Shown here in pieces: positions 1 to 15,600 of a stretch of 64,000 nucleotides of DNA. The stretch's first letter is position 1, and each line of letters starts with the position of its first letter. The DNA is from Balanoglossus misakiensis. Its lineage: Eukaryota; Animalia; Hemichordata. The stretch is from assembly GCA_040954595.2 (NCBI GenBank), contig CM082579.2, positions 11,583,625-11,647,624 on the forward strand, given 5' to 3'. The translations under genes were made by a program, and so were the position numbers. The notes beneath the pieces are model-generated. The model ran no database searches. It saw only the letters and a program-made list of their open reading frames with translations, and was not told the origin of the DNA.

Positions 1-62
1 GTGCAGTATTGCGAGCAATGTTTGGTCCCAGCTCTACTTGATCGAGGAAAACATCTTGGCAT
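1..62 (-). CDS. RNF213: RNF213-like exon (partial)
   Basis: tattctag acceptor; CQDVFLDQVELGPNIARNTA. Confidence 0.85.
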   Translation of the reverse strand, partial: MPRCFPRSSRAGTKHCSQYC

Positions 63-3000
63 CTAGAATACGAATTACATTTGTTATATCAATGCTATTA
101 CAACGTAATCTGATACCACCTTTCTGGGCTTTCTTTGCCTCACAGACCACAGCGTGACTAAAATCCATAATATCGATCCAAATGAAAAGAGTCCCCTCAT
201 CCGGATATAACGCATGTACTTGACGATTTCTCATACGTACCGATGTATTTCAGTGAGTATTTGTTTATGACCCCCGGGGAGTTCACAGGGAGCCCTGAAG
301 TGACCTGCAACTGCTTCTCTATACGCTCGTCTGTTGTCCTGGAGACAGGCGTGGTAACACACACCCAGTGCAAGGACTAATGCTCTGGTGACGTCATTAA
401 TCGGCTGGAAGAAGATCAAAATGCATCGTTACATGTGTTATTTCCATAAGTTTTGTCCTTAACAACTTTTTGAATATAATAAATCACTGCCTGAGATTAA
501 GCCGAACGGCAAACCGTTTTGTAATACATAATATAGAATTCATTATTTTTTACAACATAGAAGTAGCCAACAACTTCATTCTACGAGTTCGTCATATGTT
601 CTGAAACAAAGATAAATCCCGAGAAATAGTGGTCGGAACTATCCGGCCAGGTAACAACTTAAAAAATGTTAACTGATAGCACGTTTTAATCCCTCGGCTC
701 AAATATGACCTAATCTACGCCCATGATTCGACCAATCATACAACACATAAAAGATCAGGTCTATCACAGCACTTTCTGTAGCCTGCATAAGGGATCACGC
801 TCTCTATCCATAATGTTAAGGTCGCTGGAGAAAAGGGCTGGGTTTTAATATTCAGGTCAGAGAGCGCGACAGGTGGTCTTCCTTGCACGATGAAATTTTT
901 GAAATGTTTAGTGCACATGCGAGGAATACCAGGCCAAGACTGCTTGGCCTCGGACAACATGGCTGCATATGGAAGAGCAATTATCTTTTTATCACGTAAC
1001 GGGTCAATATCTTCTCATATCAAAGTTATTCGAATCGTGTTATTTTCTATGGCTAAAAGAGTCAATTCGAAGACAGGTTTACGTGTTCAGATTATTTGTT
1101 CATTAACAATGTTTTCGACCCCTATGTATTCTCCTGTACCGTACAAACCTGGGAAAGTGAGTCTGGCTCTTCTGTTGATTTCCTTTCCAGAAGATCATTC
1201 AATTGTTGCAGCTTTTCAAGAAACCAACCCATAACGTTCATTGCTCTCTCAACATCTCTCAAACTCACGAAACTGCACTCATTCTGTGGAAAATCAATAT
1301 TTACGTAAGGTCACTTTCCTATAAAGAAATTGTGCCATATATTCTCTCGCAGTAAATGCTATTTATTTGTATTAAACATTCATTTCATTTCCAACAACAA
1401 TATTATCATTAGATGTCACAAGTTGTTTGATAACCCGAATGCATAAAGGCTTCGACAAGCGAGCACATATCAAAATAATGATAATGAAGGAAACGCATTC
1501 AATCGATTAACATTGTCGATGACAACAATCGCACTTTTTAAGCTTAGGAAAGACGAGTGGAGACAAATGTGCGATCAAATCACAGCATTCATTACAATAC
1601 ATGTATCTTCAAAGTATTCTTCCCCGAGAATAGAACACATTCTCCCTCTGCTAGTCATTCAATCAACATCACTTTTTCATCAAACCACTGTCACAGTGGT
1701 GAACTACCCATCGAATACCTTACCTTTGTATTTCTCATAAAACTTTGAGACGCAGTAATCACTTCACTGATTACTCTGTCGCTGCCCTCTGGACAGTCCA
1801 TCTTTTCAGACACCCAAAATTGAAACTAAAAAGAAAATGGAAATGTAAAATTTGTGAACACATGTTCTTACCAACATATACCAGTATCCAGTACCATCAC
1901 TGTTTTATTATGGGTTTATTCTAAATGATACGAGCATTTTGTCACATGTAGGAAAACGTGATTATAGGATGTCTGCCGCCTATTTTGTCAGATATAATGT
2001 GCATCATTTACTTACGTATCTGCTTACTATCCGTAACACATATTGCTCTTCGATGTCGGTTTGAACCTGACCGAAGTCCCACACCAATGGCAACATACTG
2101 GGAGGCAAAGGCTGTACACGATAAACGAGGTGCCGCATGGGTATTGATCCTAAGATTTCAACGAGAAAAGAAATCATTTATAGAATACATCATGCTCGAG
2201 CAGGTTGTTGCTTTCAATATAGTTGTTGCGTTATTTATGAACAAAGGCATAATAATCGCATGTATATTAGTTAACTTACCTAACTTATCAATGGTTTCTT
2301 CTGCCTTAATGTAATATCCCAGTCCTGCTGTTTCGAGACGCTCTATCATTTCTTTATCGTGCCTAGCATCAGTTGACAGTTTGGAATATATTAATCGGAT
2401 ACAGTTGAAAAAGATCAAGTTCAAATAACAAAATTCCCGATAGAACAGTTTTGGCAGTTTGCATAAAAAATCAAATGCAATAATAGAACGGTACATGTAT
2501 ATAAAAAAAATTAAGTAGAGACACTTAATGTTTTTCACTTTCTCATATACATTTTGTACATTTAAATGGTCAGAGTGGGTTAGTTGTGTAATGACATGTT
2601 TGTCCTTTAGCACAGAGCCAGTACACTGGCATACAATTCTCACTATCTTAAAGGAATGGGTCGTGGCGCCGCGTGGGTGTCCCCTTTGATGAGAATATGT
2701 TCTCCCATGCGCAAACCCCACTGCAGTCGCCACGACCTACAAGGATCTTCAGTTGCTGTCATGCCCCGTCTATGCTACGGTTCATTCTAAGAATCTAATT
2801 TCAGGGATTTGTGGATAAATTGTAATGTTTAAAACAAACAAACAAACGCGGCGCGACGACCCTTCACTTTAACTACGTTTTTGCTAACTAAGTGAGTAAT
2901 ATAAATCCCATAGTAGACGGTCGACATGTAGCATTATGGTACCCTTACATACACCGATTATTGACATGTTCAATAAATGGGTCACACTAACATTTTGTGT

Positions 3001-3601
3001 CGAAATATTTAAAAACAAATGTTAAAAATGTGAACAATTTCTAGGCCCTAAATGCCAACTACAAAGATAGAACTTTTAGACAGAAAGACGTCATAAAATA
3101 CGGGTAACATGTTATCTATTAAAACTTTTAGTACTGTGAGTTATCGACCTAGTACCCACAATACTACTCCTATAAGCCTAATGTGATTTGACTCCTAGCA
3201 CGAAGTGAAGAATTGTTTAAGGCAGCAATAATTTACTCACTTCCGATAGGGATTGCAAGCGGCAACAAATTTCAGGGAACCATCCACACTGTCAATCGCG
3301 TGACCATTCATACGCCCATCACACATGATCTCCTTGATTATACCAATGGCTTCGGTCGTATTTGCTTCATCGAAAAATAAAACAGTTTCCTCAATTCCAT
3401 TCTCTTTGTTCTCTCTGGTCATCGAAACTGCTTGCTCAACAGTGCTCACAATGTCATTTGAGGTGGTCCCTCCATGAACCTGAAGGAAAATAATACGTTA
3501 ACAATGTTTGTGGTGTTGCATACATACATACATACATACATACATACATACATACATACATACATACATACATACATACATACATACATACATACATACA
3601 T

Positions 3602-3636
<35 letters not shown>

Positions 3637-6600
3637 GGCATGTACGCAGACAGACAGACTGCTGAGCACGGGGCAAACATTCTTTTACCTTCAAAATCAA
3701 CATATTTTTAGCTGCAGGACCTGCTTGTAACTCGCACATGTACTTTATTAGTCTTGTCTTGCCACAACCCGTCTCACCCATGACGATCACAGGAATTCCA
3801 CATCTTTGGAAAAAAATATATACGATCACTGGTATAAGATGTTGAATTACAATAATATAAACCAAAAATGTTAATTATGATAAGCAACTATGTATGTATG
3901 TATGTATGTATGTATGTATGTATGTATGTATGTATGTATGTATGTATGTATGTATGTATGTATGTATGTATGTATGTATGTATGTATGTATGTATGTATG
4001 TATGTATGTATGTATGTATGTATGTATGTATGTATGTATGTATGTATGTATGTATGTATGTATGTATGTATGTATGTATGTATGTATGTATGTATGTATG
4101 TATGTATGTATGTATGTATGTATGTATGTATGTATGTATGTATGTATGTATGTATGTATGTATGTATGTATGTATGTATGTATGTATGTATGTATGTATG
4201 TATGTATGTATGTATGTATGTGTACAAAATGTACATTAATAAAATGTATGTATTCTTAACATTAATTAATACCTGAATCGCATATGTATCGCCATAATTT
4301 TCTTTACATTGTCCTCTGTCAGCTCATATGTTGGATCTGGATCAGAAATACTTGGGCTTCCCAAAACACGATGAAGCTTTTCAAGCATTATTTCTCTGGA
4401 AAGCGGGTTGAGTAAAATAAATGTTAAAGAAGATATCCAAAATAGACATGTACGAAGTTGCTTAGTTACGCTAAAATTATTTTCTGACGACCGAACATTT
4501 GGAAACGGCACTGTTGTCAACTGTAGCGCCAGGGGCTTGCGCCATGGACATCAACACATCAAATACTGTTTTGCAATTCGAGTCTCGCACAACTTTCTGG
4601 GCTTCACAGGACCATAACTGTCAACAAATACTAGTAGTATGATGCACAAATCGGAATGATTCGTAAAGCTAGCCGTGTCGGACTGATGAAGCTGCAGTGA
4701 GGATATAATACTGTGACAGAAGTAACTCTTGAAGTTGTTTAAAAAATACATTGATCGGTTTCTTACCATTTTAGCCCAACCAAAGATTGCGAATTTTAGC
4801 TGAAAGGGCGCAAATGTACGCCTATCCTTTGACAGAACTGATTTTTCTGTTCTTGTTTCATTTCTGTCTTATTGAACATGATTACATCGTAATGTACTCA
4901 TGGTAGCGATGAGACTTCAGTAACACACGACCAACTGAAGCACAGAACTGTGTAAGGTGCACATGGGTATACCGCTTACCTGGTTTCAACGGTGTCCAGT
5001 TGAAAATCCTGCCCTTGTAGTTTTAGTCCCCTCTGCAACTCGGCTGACATTATACTTCTTTCCAATACTCTGTTTGTGGCTGGTTCGATCAGGTTACCCG
5101 TCATGTCAATGTTGAATCCCAGAAGTGTTAATGTCGCATGGTCATTGTTGAAGAAAATGTACGGATGTGGACTGCGAGGAATATGACGACAGATTGTGAT
5201 TGACGTGTGTGGAATTACAGGCATAGACAAAATCACAACCTTAATGCTAAGATGCACGAAATTGAATGTCAACATCGTTGGCCGATATAAAATCTATTTC
5301 ATGGTAGAATTAAAGTGATGTTTTGTAATGTTTTATTACTGAACACAGGTAACTAAATATCTTGATTCACTTGGGGTATAGGTCAGACCACGACTAAAAC
5401 GATCTACAGTTATTCAAAAGACAATCGAATACGCTTAAAACTGATGATGTTATTCCAATGTCAAATGTGAGTTTATAGTTAGTTTCCAATCTGATTGTTC
5501 AATATAACTGGTTAGCAGAAGTTCGTCATGTTTTTTAAAGACACGTTAGCTATAACTTTTGGATAATGTTGTTATACTTGCCTATTTTCCCAAGTACGGC
5601 GAAGTTGGAATTTTGCAAGGTCTGCTTCTTGCTGATCGACGTTCACTTGAGGTAGACTTTCATCGGTCGTTTTTATTGATGGCGTTGCGAAGTCCTAAAA
5701 TGGTAACAAACAGGGCGATGATACGAGACTTGTATTTATTGTGTGTGTTTTTTCTTTTGAAGGAGCGGCATGCATTCAAAAACAATTACGTACAACGATG
5801 ATTATATGGGAATGGATAATTGATATTTCCATTAACCTACCTTGGACATTTCTATCATAAACTTAACCACAAAGTTCTTGAATCCCACCAATCCTGTATC
5901 TTTTAAATGTTGTGGATCGCAGAAGACTGAATTTTCACAGTCTTCTAGTTGCTTCCCGAGAAATGCTACGAAATTGCGAAGTTCAGCCCAAGACGGGTTT
6001 GTAATACCACAGTGCCTGTAAAAGCAATGGCATGTTTTTTAAACAAACTAAACTTTTATGTAAACTATCTGAATAAGATTGCGCATAGATTGCCTAATTT
6101 AATGTAACTTCAGAATAATTTCATATCTGTACTGTGGATGAATAGGGTCTGAGATTATACTATAATCAAATGAATAAACTGGATAGGCTTGTTCTATTTA
6201 AATTCAACATACTAATCTTATGAGCATATGACCCTATAAAAATTACTTTATGTAGTCGCTGTATGGACACTTCTGATTTACATGTCTAAATTTGGTCAAA
6301 AGGGCGTGCCTAACTCTTCGAATCACCGTGTTTTGATAGGAGCACCATTTTCCTGGCTGCCAGCCATTGAAAATCTGTGATTGGCTACTAATTTCCTAGA
6401 GTAACTGTGGTTACATTTCCATAGTTGACCGTCCACCTATAACTGATACAGTGTACATTTGTTACCTGAGAAAGATCTCTATACATTCCAGGTGATTTCC
6501 CTGACGATCATCCGGCGAAAACTTCCAATTATCCAAGTTTTGGTCTTCTTGAAATCCTCTGAGATATTGAAACGACCTCTGGAAGTCACTGCTCTTGTAT

Positions 6601-9600
6601 TCGATGTCGTCAAGGCGAGGGTCGGATGCAACTTCAGCTAATTGTGACAATAAACAAATTCTCTGTCAGAAGAAGTAGACTCTATCAAGTGCTGCTGCAG
6701 ATGCTTTCTGCTGCTTTGATTAATTCTGCCTGGAGGGCCTGAACAGAAGTATCTTAGGGCTGGCGTGTTTCTTTCAAAATCTGAATCCAAAAAATTGACC
6801 CTCTCTTAAATCGCAACCCACCCTTTGCAATGTGGCATAATGTACGGTTAGTATTGACCTTTGACAAATTAACGTAAATTCATAAATGTACAAATTCATT
6901 AGTGTACACGATCCAAAACACAACAAATATCAAAATATGGCATCATATTTCTTTGAAAAATGATCACGACTTCAATTAATGCATACTTTTTTCTTACCTG
7001 AAATAGACGAATCGTGTGACTGCTTCTCCAGTTCAAGCACCTCTGTAGGAGAACGACAGTTGACAATTGGAAGAAGGCCATAAAATGGTTTGCGGGAAAC
7101 CGATACGTCCGCCTATAACAAAGCGAAAGAGACAAATCATTTTGTGAAATGAGATTATCGCCCGATATCGCCTCTCCATTTAGTCGCATTTCAACGAGTA
7201 CGGCAGTAGGCCGCAGCACCACACACGATTCAAAGCACCCTGCAGGCACCGTCGAAGTACACGCACCTTAAAATGAAAGGGGTACTGTTATTTCCTTGAG
7301 CGAAAAATGAAATTTAGAAAGAGGCTACTGGAACAAATGTTACTGCGTGTCTGCAATGCAGCGTGCACTTACTTCACTGTCTTTTGAAGACACCGAAGAT
7401 GTCATCTCAACCACATACAAATCGAGAGGGTGTCGCCTCCAGATACTGCCCTCCGTGTCACTAATGCATCCAAGCACCAACAGGTTAAACAACAACTTAT
7501 CAATACCTTCTTTGACCTGCAAATAAGCATGTGCAATTTTTACGTGTCCAAGTGTGAACGCCGAGGTTGTTGCTACGTAAAGATGCACTTGATTTTAAGT
7601 TCGCATGTGTATGAACAAGTAAAAAAATTTTTTTACTTGTACCACTTGTGATTTTGTCTACGAGACCGGGAGCTGGAGTGTGGGCACATTAAAATATATG
7701 AAAGATTGCATTATAAGGGATAGACAATGCATTTCGGTCTCTATCACATTTAATTTGTTCATAAGAACGTCTTACGTTCGAATTCAGGGAATATTCTGTT
7801 GAATTGCGACAAAACACTTCCACATTGAACAGATGGTTGTTTAATGATAACATGCCTGTCAAAATCGACCTCATGTTTTGTAAGAGTGAAATAATTGCCT
7901 CAGGTTTGAATGACAGTCGAAATGTTTTGGCTTTTTTTAGCACAGACTATAGCTAAACAAACTACAGAAAAGTAGAAATCTCACCAAGGGGGCGATGTCA
8001 ATATGAATAATCTTGGGTGATGACACGGTTGGTTCTTGTGTATACGCCGACAGCATGCCGATCACCGATGACACGTTGACTACACGCTCCGGCAAAGGAA
8101 CTGTCACGCAGAAAGGGACGTCTCCTCGTGGGGCGTGGCCTTCCCTGGTCTCATGTTCTTCAGCCATTCGTTTGACTAAAAGGGATTTGCCTGTACCACT
8201 ATCAGACGACAACACCACCAGCACTGATGACCTGAAATACATACACATATATACATGTACATACACTTATAATATATCTAAACTTTAAAAGCTAATCTGA
8301 ATTTCACCAACGCGAAAATATTATTTACAATCTATTAATTTTTGTGCCTTAGTCTGAAATATTTACAACAACGTATATTTTGAAGCTGCCCCTACTACTT
8401 TTCAGTAAAATACCCTCTGTACACCAAAGATGTCTTGAAAGATGTGAAGATGTCTTGAAAGATGTGTGATATTTGCGTTTAATTTGTGAAACCATCTTTA
8501 CCATTATGTTAATTTTAGAAAATGCATGCGAACTAAACCTAGTTAGTACAGTCTGGAAACTGGCAGGCAGAATTTGCCGACAAGACCAAAGAGCTCTGTT
8601 TGAAAATAACGTCACTGGGCGATAGCAATTTTCAAGCAAAGAGATTTTGACACCTAACGGAAATGGAAAACATTTTTCGACGAGGCATGATTTCGAGAAT
8701 CAATCTGTGGCAACTGACAGTTTCCGAAAAATTACGCTTTAACAGCATGTCTATTGAGTCCCAAAGCGTCTTGGAGTCATACTTAATTATGCAACTTTTT
8801 TAAATGGCTATCTGTAGAAAATGTCCTCTATATTGCTATCATGAATCGCGCTTGGGGATTGATCGCTTTGATTGCTAATTCTGATATATAATACGCGACA
8901 TGGAAAACACAAGAATCACCATCGGGACTCACATTCATGATTGCGCCAATGACGTGTCTCTGTCTTGGTACTTACCTGTAATGGCAAATGTCTGCCACGC
9001 GGGATACACCGGACGATTCGTATTGTGTACCATCAAGCCTGAACTTTTCCAGCAGATATTCTTTGATTTTCGATTCTCCGGGACAAGTTGGAGTATCTAT
9101 TCGATGATAGTCGAAGGCAGTCACGAGGTAAGACCGGTCTTCTCTCTCCTTGCTACACAGAATCAATAGTCTGTAATCTGTAAGGAAATGTAAACCTAGT
9201 GTGTAAAGCGAGGCGAGTGTCTCACAAATACAGCAAATTAATTGTTCGATTTTCGTTCACAAAAGCCAACAGGACAGACGCCCGTTACCATCTTAAAGGT
9301 ATCGGACAAATACATATGGTCAACATGGCATGTATACGTCTTCAAATGACCATACGATGGCACCCTTTTCTTAGCTTGTATCACCCACTGAAAATCTGGG
9401 ATTGACTGATATTTTAATTTTCTACCTACGGTAACAGCGGTTAACTTTCACTAGATTTAAATGAAAGGAAATAAATCACCAACCCCTCTGTGCCTTTTTT
9501 TGTATTCTGATGAGGGCCTCTTCAGCTCTCAGGCTGACTTCATAATCCAGTTCATCTGCGAATGCCAGACAAAAGATCCTTCCGCGTTCATCTAGTAACG

Positions 9601-12600
9601 CCCTATGCCAGAACATTATCACCTGTAAAGTCGAATGCATTTTCAATTAACTTTGCATTAACTTTGCGTTCTCGCAAAATGGCTTCGTATAACTCAAAAT
9701 AATATCTACAAAAGTCATTTTTAAAATTCCATTTCAATTTTTACATACCTCTTCATCAGTTGTATGTTGATTACATAGAAGTACTTCATCGGCAGAAGGA
9801 AGTGGTTTTTCACGATCAGCCATATAAATTTGAAGAACTGTCCTCAAAACGTTGGCTATATAAAACACGAAGCAATAGCGTTGAGTACACCCAACTATAA
9901 TCTACCCGGCTGGCTGAACTTTGAGGGTGAACACCGCACAAATTACGAGGATACATTTCCAAAGGGGCTGTGAAAGTCCATTGTTATCACAACATATTGC
10001 CAAAGAATTGTTCACCTTACCTTCAGGGCAAACTATCAAATTAGGCTTTCCGAGGTTGTTTTCACCAAGGAAAGTCGGTATGTGTCTGTTAAAGGTCAGA
10101 TCTGAAAGTGACAGAGACAAATGTAACGCGTGCGAAATTTGGTGCGACTGCTGGGTCGTATATCAGTTTCCCTTGGATTTGGTTGTTAGAAAAATGCAGT
10201 TTCACCAAGGAAACACTCAAGAACTTACAAAAACCGAACTATAGATTTTTAAATAGGACAAGTAGTTGAACCGTAGTATTACTCTTATGCGGCATGAACG
10301 ATAGGACAGAAGAAATGCCAGGGTATGCTCAGGATTCAGAGTATGTGTGTATTCACAGGAATTCAAGAATGGCCATTGCATCTCATTTGTACATCTCCTC
10401 TATAAAATACTCCAGTTTCATTTTTCCGTCTGACAACGATTTAATCGACAGTACATATGCTATAATAATGTTACAAGTCAAATCGGACTTGCTATAATAC
10501 GGGATATGCAATGGAATGAAATTAAAAGGTGAATTTTAAAACATGTCACTCACCTGGTGCTCTTCTGGAAAGATAACGGAGGACTCTGCCCAGACGATCC
10601 ACACCAATATATTCCCCAGCGTTAGCAGATTCTTCACCGCGCAAATATTCCTCCCAAATGTCGTTCAGGTTGTCAACAAGGTCTCTGCAAATGTATAACC
10701 AAACTTGTTTGATTTTACAAGGAATGTGAATTTATGAGTGGCCAATTGGTGCTTTTGCAAGAAAATAACTGTAAATTTCAATACTATTGCCGATATGGCC
10801 TCTGGGCAAAAAAACAAACAACTACATTGTGCCAACCATTACCAGTTGTGTCCAACATGTTGTATAACTTTGTAAATACTAATCCCTGTAACAAACAGAT
10901 ATGCCCAGATCACAACTGCATTGTCGATATGGCAGAGAGGTACTTTCATACCTATGTTCATCTCTTTGACGATCGCCATAGTCAACGTAACTGCTTGTCG
11001 AAGCCTCATTGTAATCCCTTTCATTCACATAACGACCGGGCCCCGACTGTGAATCATTGAACATGGTACCACTGAACTTCAGGTCATACTCCAGGCTATA
11101 AGCTTCCGCCACTTCATCGATACCAAGATGATCGTAACACCATGACAGGGCAAAATCTACGCCCCCTTCTGCACCACACTTCAGGTAGGCAGCCTTCGCA
11201 AGTGTGTCAGTCATGCCCTCCTGGATCAGGGCGTGGACAAAGCTGGTGCGTTGAACGTCAGGGGATTCGGCGAGGGGTTCACCTTCTTCAGGTTCTGGCG
11301 AGCCGCGATCGTTTGGTGTTCTGTCAACCACCGGTACTTCTGGTGAGCCGCGATCGTTTGGCGTGCTGTCAACGGCCTCCTGTATGTCTTCTTGCGTACA
11401 TCCCGGAAGAATGGCCTCCAGCAACATGAACGTGGCTGGTTTGAGGTGATGTGAACCGCTGCTGTCTGCGGTGGCCAGCGTTGCCAACTCCCGTCGCAGA
11501 TGTAAAATTTGCTCAATGGTGTAAAGATTCAACTCGTTGAATGTGAGCCGTTTCGCGGCGATGTACTCCAGCCATTGTGCGTGGCACTTATCCAAGAACG
11601 TGCACAGCTCTGGAAGTTGCACAGGTGCATCTTTGTATCCTAGCAGAATGTCATTGTTCAAGAAAGATACGCGCGTTTTCACTCTGGACTTTCTCTGACA
11701 ACAGTAATGGATTGACTCCCAGGTCTTAAAAGGTGCACATCCTGCCACCCTCAAAGCCAAATAAGTATTTGTCAGGCGGATGGCAGAATCTAAAATCTAT
11801 TGAGAGAAAAGGAAACCTTCATCGATAAGCAGAACCGCAAATCGCAGCTGACGAATGCATTTAAGTTCTCGAAAAAGAGAAATACAGACAAATATAGTAT
11901 TACATGACCGTCTTTACCCTTCAGGAAACATAATGATTGTTTCTGTATTTACGTACACATGTAAGCGCTATTTCTTGTACTGTGTGATACGTTTTTGTGG
12001 AGGACCTCAAGACAGAACCAACAAAAGCATACATGTATACATTATAATGAACATGGCAGCTTGAATCACCTCTGTGAAACGATCGACGACATCTTTGTGG
12101 TTCTCGTCACTGTGAGATATCAACATCAGTTTGCTGTGCAGGTCATTGAGATCATCAAACGTATAATTCTTGAAGGAGTCTACCGGTAGGTCCTCACGTG
12201 ACTTTCCCTTTCCACGTTTTTCTGTGCGAACGGCCAACCGGAAAGAAGAGGCCAACGTAGACTGAAAAGAGAAATTTGCCGTGCTTCCAGTTTTCTGACA
12301 TGACTTTTATCCCAGAATTACTCATAGAAAAGTATTCTCGGACAAAAAATGTATGATACCCATTGACCAGATTCAACTCTCGGAGCTCGAATTTGTGTTA
12401 CAGCTGAATCATAAATTTGTCTAAAACGCATGTCATTTCACGCGTCGAATTTCCGTGATAAAATATACCACATAATTCAAAATAGCTGCAACAACCGCCA
12501 AACTATAAACACCATATTTCTTTGATGCCAGCAACGCGTTATCTCTAAAATTGTAACAACGTCACAATTTACAGGTGAGCAACACAAAAGAAAAGCTGTA

Positions 12601-15600
12601 AACGTTTACTTTATGAACGAATTTTCGCAAAACTTTTGAAGTCTATCAATACATGCCAAAGTTGGAAATAAGTTGTATACCCGTTCGCCCTCCTTGGTGA
12701 ACGACCCAATGATGTACTGTCCCATTTCGTTGATGCGAGAGGCTTGTTGTATTGATGATTCCTCGTCTGAGCCGTGTGTGGTCTGAAGCTTCTTTAAAAA
12801 GTCTAAAACGGCAGCCGAGTCTTCCTACAGAACGAATTGTGCGAAGTTAAGAACAGAAAGGTCAAAATTGATCTTACAAAGAAACATTAGACGAAAGAGG
12901 CGGGTATAGACGAAGTGTGGCTTTTCAACCAACATCATGAATTCTAATTTCTCATAAGCTTGACTTGCTTTGGCCATAATATGGTCAGTGTGCTTTGTAG
13001 ATGATGACTAATAAATTAATCGGTAACAAAAGATAACAATTCACTGGCACTCAATTTCTGTAAACATTTGAGACTGCTCTGCAATGTAATAATGCGAACC
13101 TGCGGTCATTAACAAGATGATATCATAGACTTAACAATGATAAGTTTATGAATATATACTGCTACTTTTCACTCATTTTACCAAACACACAAAACACAGT
13201 GTTGCAAATGAGGTTAAACTTGATAGGACCCAACACTAAATCAACAAATCTAATATACCTGAACGAAATTTGATTTTGACCTGCGTTTGATTTTGAGTTT
13301 CGTTGGAAAAATGTTGTTGGTATAGCAACGGTGACTGAATGACACTTCGTGGAGAAAAAAAACTGTAAGCAGAGCGACAGCACCACAAAACATCTGTTTC
13401 TATGACTCGACCAGAAAGTGACAGAAAAGGACCTAAGTGTTTCAATATATAAACATAAACTTACCAATTTCTTTGGGAGGAGTCTGTCTCTCTTGAGTGT
13501 TTCCCAGAGGACAGAGCATGCGCGCAGGAGTTCCGTGGCACTACTGTCAACCGGCAAGTCAAATATCAGCGGCGCGTATCCAGATGCTGCTTGGTCGAGT
13601 GTACCAATGCGGTCCATTTGAATATCTTCTTCCCCGACAAGTCTCATTGATAAATCAAGATACGTTTTCAAATCCTGAATACCTGGAATAGAGGAATTTA
13701 TAGCGTGTGGAATATTGATTTTCGTTATCTCATGTTTTCCTTTCTAAAAATAGTCAGCACGAGTTAAATTAATATTCAAATAAGTTGATTGATTTCGTGG
13801 CAGTAACAAATCATATCTTCAATCGCATCAGTCAGCATATCCAAATAGTGAGGATTTCACAAAATTAAAATGGCCTGTTTTGAACCACAGGCCAATTTCT
13901 CCGAGGTGTTTAACTTATTAAGCCAACAGGCGATTTGGGCAAATTTACTGCCGTGATTGCATAAAGCGAACTATATCACTAATGCTGACGCTGTTATAAT
14001 CACACAAATTACACGCAATGAACCACTACTATGGACATTGACAGACTGCAGGGCATTTTGTCCTACCCGTTATTTCTTTCCTCAACCAATCTACCAAGTC
14101 CTTGCAGTCCACAAACACCTCCAAGCAACGTGTCCGTTCGTCGTTAAAATCGGACAGCAACTCGCCAGTGCGGACGACCTCTTCATTGATTGATTTTAGA
14201 TACTGTTCCTTGAATTTTGTTCCCTGCAAGACGTTCAATTGTGGTTACCTTAAATGGTTTTTACTTCGTGCTAGGGATCAAATCATATTATAACAATTGC
14301 ATCCTGGGTAAAAGGTCGACAGCTCACTGTAGTAAGAGTTTGAAGAAATGATACGTTGTTACTTCATGCTAGAGGTCAGAATATATTATTCTAAAACGTG
14401 CATTATGGGTAAAAGCTCGACAACTAACTGTAGTGAGAGTTTGAAGAAAAGATATGTTAATAACTGTATTTCATGATTTTTTTGCTCAAAAATTTCTATC
14501 TTTGTACATGTGTAATTGGCATCCATTCTACCCTTTTTTACATTTTGTTATTTTTTCTTGTTATAATACTCAGAATGACCCAGTATCACTTTAGCTTATG
14601 AACTTCATCATGAAATTGTATCGACCATATGAGATTTTCATCACTCTATGTATAGCAGAAACACGTTTAACAAGAATTCGGACTCCGTACGTGTTTCCAT
14701 TGCTTATATTACGTGTTATGTTTACAAAGACAAAATGTTCGTTTGCCGCGGTGCCACACAATAAAATACACTTAACAGTTTGTACCTGATTAGAGAGTAT
14801 TTCGACTGCCCTGAAATCTCCCGTCATGTTGTACTTTTCCTTCAACTTGAAGACGACAAGGGCACCAGCAACGGCCTCCTTTACTTTGTGATACATCTCA
14901 ATCTGGTGTGTTCTTGTGGCGATCCATTCACCAGCCTCCTTTCCTGAAATCAGGGACAGCTCTCTCCTCATATCGCCGTAGTTGTGGCCGAACTCTACAA
15001 AGTGTTCGTCGATTTCCGCCAATGTTACGTTCCCACTTTTGACTTTGGTGACCACGTCGTGGATGGCCTGCAGAACAGGTTGCCATAGTTTCTGTTCTGT
15101 CTCGTTGATTGGCAACGTCTGAGGCCTGTCATATTCGTCCCTGCAGTTTCTCCTGACGCGTTCCTGCCATTGCTTTTTGTAAATTCTGGACCCCTGGAAC
15201 GACGACATTTTTCTCAACAATGCCATTTGATGGTGAGAGAACGGGAAGAGTGTCATCGTCGGTGTGTATTCCCCGACCGTCTGTACTTGTTTGTAGTCCA
15301 TTGGGTCACAGACATCTTTGAATGTAAGTTCATCAACTTGTTTTCTCAGTTTGGCATTGATATCATCTATTACGGCTGGAAAAGAAGAGAATATTGGCGT
15401 AATTGTAATTTAAACTGATCGTGCATAGTGACGGAAGAAATACAACGCATTAGCCACCATTCTGGAAAATTAAAAAAATAATCAAATCTGCATATGCTCC
15501 TATAGTTGTGTAAATTTTCATATTACATAGCCCCTACCAGGTGTACCTATTTTATAGGGCAGTGAAAACTAAGCATGTTCTGCCACTTGTGTGATTATAG

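Noticed and set aside
3454-4276. ORFs reading MYVCMYVC / HTYIHTYI
   Set aside because: Translations of (TATG)n/(CATA)n microsatellites in RNF213 introns, not proteins.
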